From: Squalus acanthias | Lineage: Eukaryota | DNA: 64,000 bases | NCBI GenBank assembly: GCA_030390025.1 | Contig: JASTWF010000033.1 | Span: forward strand, 6,450,001-6,514,000 | Direction: 5' to 3' | In this document: positions 61,501 through 64,000 of the stretch, one piece after another | Layout: the number at the start of each line of letters is the position of its first letter | How positions within the stretch are numbered: position 1 is the first letter of the stretch | Program-made: the position numbers and the translations under genes | Notes under the pieces: model-generated | The model's input: the letters and a program-made list of their open reading frames with translations, nothing else | Database searches by the model: none | Told to the model about the DNA's origin: nothing

Positions 61501-64000
61501 GCCTGTGTGACTGGTCCTGTCTCTTGAAAAAGGCTGTGTGACTGGACCAGTCCCATTAAAAGCCTGGGGCTGGTCCTGTCCCTTTAAAAGCCTGTGTGAC
61601 TGGGCCTGTCCCTTTAAAAGACTGTGCGACTCGTCCTGTCTCATCAAACCGGCTGTGTGACTGGTTCTGTCTCTTTGAAAAGCCTGTGTGACTGGTCCTG
61701 TTTCTTTCAAATCTTGTGTGACGGGTTCTGTCTCTAGAAATAGCATTTGTGACTAGATCTGACTCTTTAAAAAGCTTGTTTGACACGTTCTTTCTTTTTA
61801 AAAAAACTGTGTGACTGGTCCTGTCTCTTTAAAAAGCCTGTAAAACTGATCCTGACTTTTTAAAAAGCAATTGTGGCTGGTACTATCTTTTAAATAGAAG
61901 GCATGGCTGATGGACTCTTAAAAAAGACTGTGTGACTGGTTGTTTTTCTTTAAAAAGCCGGTGTGACTGGTCCCGACTCTTTAAAAACCTGTGTGACTGG
62001 TCCTGTCTTTTTAAAAATCGGTGTGACTGGTTCTGTATCTATAATATGCCTGTGTGACTGGTTCTGTCCCTTTAGAAAGCCTGTGTGACTGGTTCTGTCG
62101 TTTTGAAAAGACTGTGTGACTGGTCCTGTCTCATTAAAAGCCCATTGTTGCTGTTCCTGTCTCTTTGAAAAGCATGTGTGACTGGTCCTGTTTCTTTAAA
62201 AGACCTGTGTGACTGTGCCTGTCTCTTTAAAATGCCTGAGTTTCTGGGCCTGTTTCTTTAAAAAACCTGTGTAACTGGGCCTGTCTCTTTAAAACGCCTG
62301 TGTGACTGGGCCTGTCTCTTTAGAAAGCCTGTGTGACTGGTCCTATCTCTTTAAAAAACCCTATGTGACTGGTACTGTCTCTTTAATAAACCCTGTGTGA
62401 CTGTTCCTGACTCTTTAAAAAACCCCGTGTGACTGGTACTTTCTCTTTAAAAATTTATGTGACTGGTTAGGTCTCTTTAAAATGCCTGTGTGATTAGTCC
62501 TGCCTTTTTAAAACCCTGTATGACTGGATCTGTCGCTTTACAAACCTGTGTGACGTGTCCTGTCTCTTTACAAACTATGTGTGACTGGTCCCGACTCTTT
62601 AAAAACGTGTGTGACAGGTTCTGTATCCTTAAAAATCTGTTTGACTGGTTCTGTCTCTTTAAAAAGTCTGTGTGACTGGTTCTGTCTGTATAAAAAGCCA
62701 ATGTGACTGCTCCTGACTCTTTAAAAGCCTGTGTGACTGGTTCGGACTCTTTAAACAGACTTTGTGTCTGGACATGTCTCTTTAAAAAGTTTGTGTGACT
62801 GTTCCTATCTCTTTGAAAAGCCTGTGTGACTGGTCCTGACTCTTTATCAACCCTGTGTGATTGGTCCTGTCTCTTCAAAAGGGCTGTGTGACTGTTCCTG
62901 TCTCTTTAAAAAGCCTGTGTGACTGGGCCTGTCTCTTTAAAAAGCCTGTTAAACTGGTCCTGACACTTTAAAAAGCCTGAGTGACTTGTGCTGTCTCTTT
63001 GAAAAGCCTGTGTGACTGATCCTGACTTTTTAAAAAGCAATTGTGGCAGGTACTATCTTTTAAATAGAAGGCATGACCGATGGACTCTTAAAAAAGACTG
63101 TGTGACTGGTTGTTTTTCTTTAAAAAGCCGGTGTGACTGGTCCCGACTCTTTAAAAACCAGTGTGACTGGTCCTGTCTTTTTAAAAATCGGTGTGACTGG
63201 TTCTGTATCTATGAAATGCCTGTGTGACTGGTTCTGTCCCTTTAAAAAGCCTGTGTGACTGGTTCTGTCGTTTTGAAAAGACTGTGTGACTGGTCCTGTC
63301 TCATTAAAAGCCCATTGTTGCTGTTCCTGTCTCTTTGAAAAGCCTGTGTGACTGGTCCTGTTTCTTTAAAAGACCTGTGTGACTGTGCCTGTCTCTTTAA
63401 AAAGCCTGAGTTTCTGGGCCTGTTTCTTTAAAAAACCTGTGTCACTGGGCCTGTCTCTTTAAAACGCCTGTGTGACTGGGCCTGTCTCTTTAGAAAGACT
63501 GTGTGACTGGTCCTATCTCTTTAAAAAACCCTATGTGACTGGTACTGTCTCTTTAAAAAACCCTGTGTGACTGTTCCTGACTCTTTAAAAAAAAACCGTG
63601 TGACTGGTACTTTCTCTTTAAAAATCTATGTGACTGGTTAGGTCTCTTTAAAATGCCTGTGTGATTAGTCCTGCCTCTTTAAAACCCTGTATGACTGGTT
63701 CTGTCGCTTTACAAACCTGTGTGACGTGTCCTGTCTCTTTACAAACTATGTGTGACTGGTCCCGACTCTTTAAAAACGTGTGGGACAGGTTCTGTATCCT
63801 TAAAAATCTGTTTGACTGGTTCTGTCTCTTTAAAAAGTCTGTGTGACTGGTTCTGTCTGTATAAAAAGTCAATGTGACTGCTCCTGACTCTTTAAAAGCC
63901 TGTGTGACTGGTTCGGCCTCTTTATCAACCCTGTGTGATTGGTCCTGTCTCTTTATAAACCCTGTGTGATTGGTCCTGTCTCTTCAAAAGGGCTGTGTGA

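Larger units (their letters stand above)
54350..64000. repeat. ~30-31-bp satellite array, continues past the window end
   Basis: Consensus gcctgtgtgactggtcctgtctctttaaaaa. Confidence 0.98.

Noticed and set aside
54350..64000. CRISPR-like ~30-bp periodicity (also at 20406-23655)
   Set aside because: Head-to-tail repeats with no unique spacers and no cas genes, in a vertebrate context

Overview
Eukaryotic, repeat-dense vertebrate DNA, most likely from a cartilaginous fish (inferred from abundant CR1 LINEs, an HE1/V-SINE-type element sharing the CR1 3' tail, and GPR139-like GPCR paralogues). Host content is two minus-strand rhodopsin-class GPR139/142-like genes, one a disrupted pseudogene and one with an intact main exon, plus a decayed same-strand cluster of seven tRNA pseudogenes (Glu, Gln x3, Phe, Trp, Ile). 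The rest is nested mobile DNA and tandem repeats: many CR1 copies (one near full length), L2 fragments, Penelope-type terminal repeats with minimal hammerhead ribozyme motifs, a two-gene PIF/Harbinger transposon, a Tx1-like LINE, several minisatellites and a ~9.6 kb ~31-bp satellite. The most notable element is a truncated endogenous retrovirus-like provirus with a tRNA-Arg PBS, coiled-coil plus CCHC Gag and dual RNase H, which resembles lokiretroviruses. All assignments were made by eye, without database searches.
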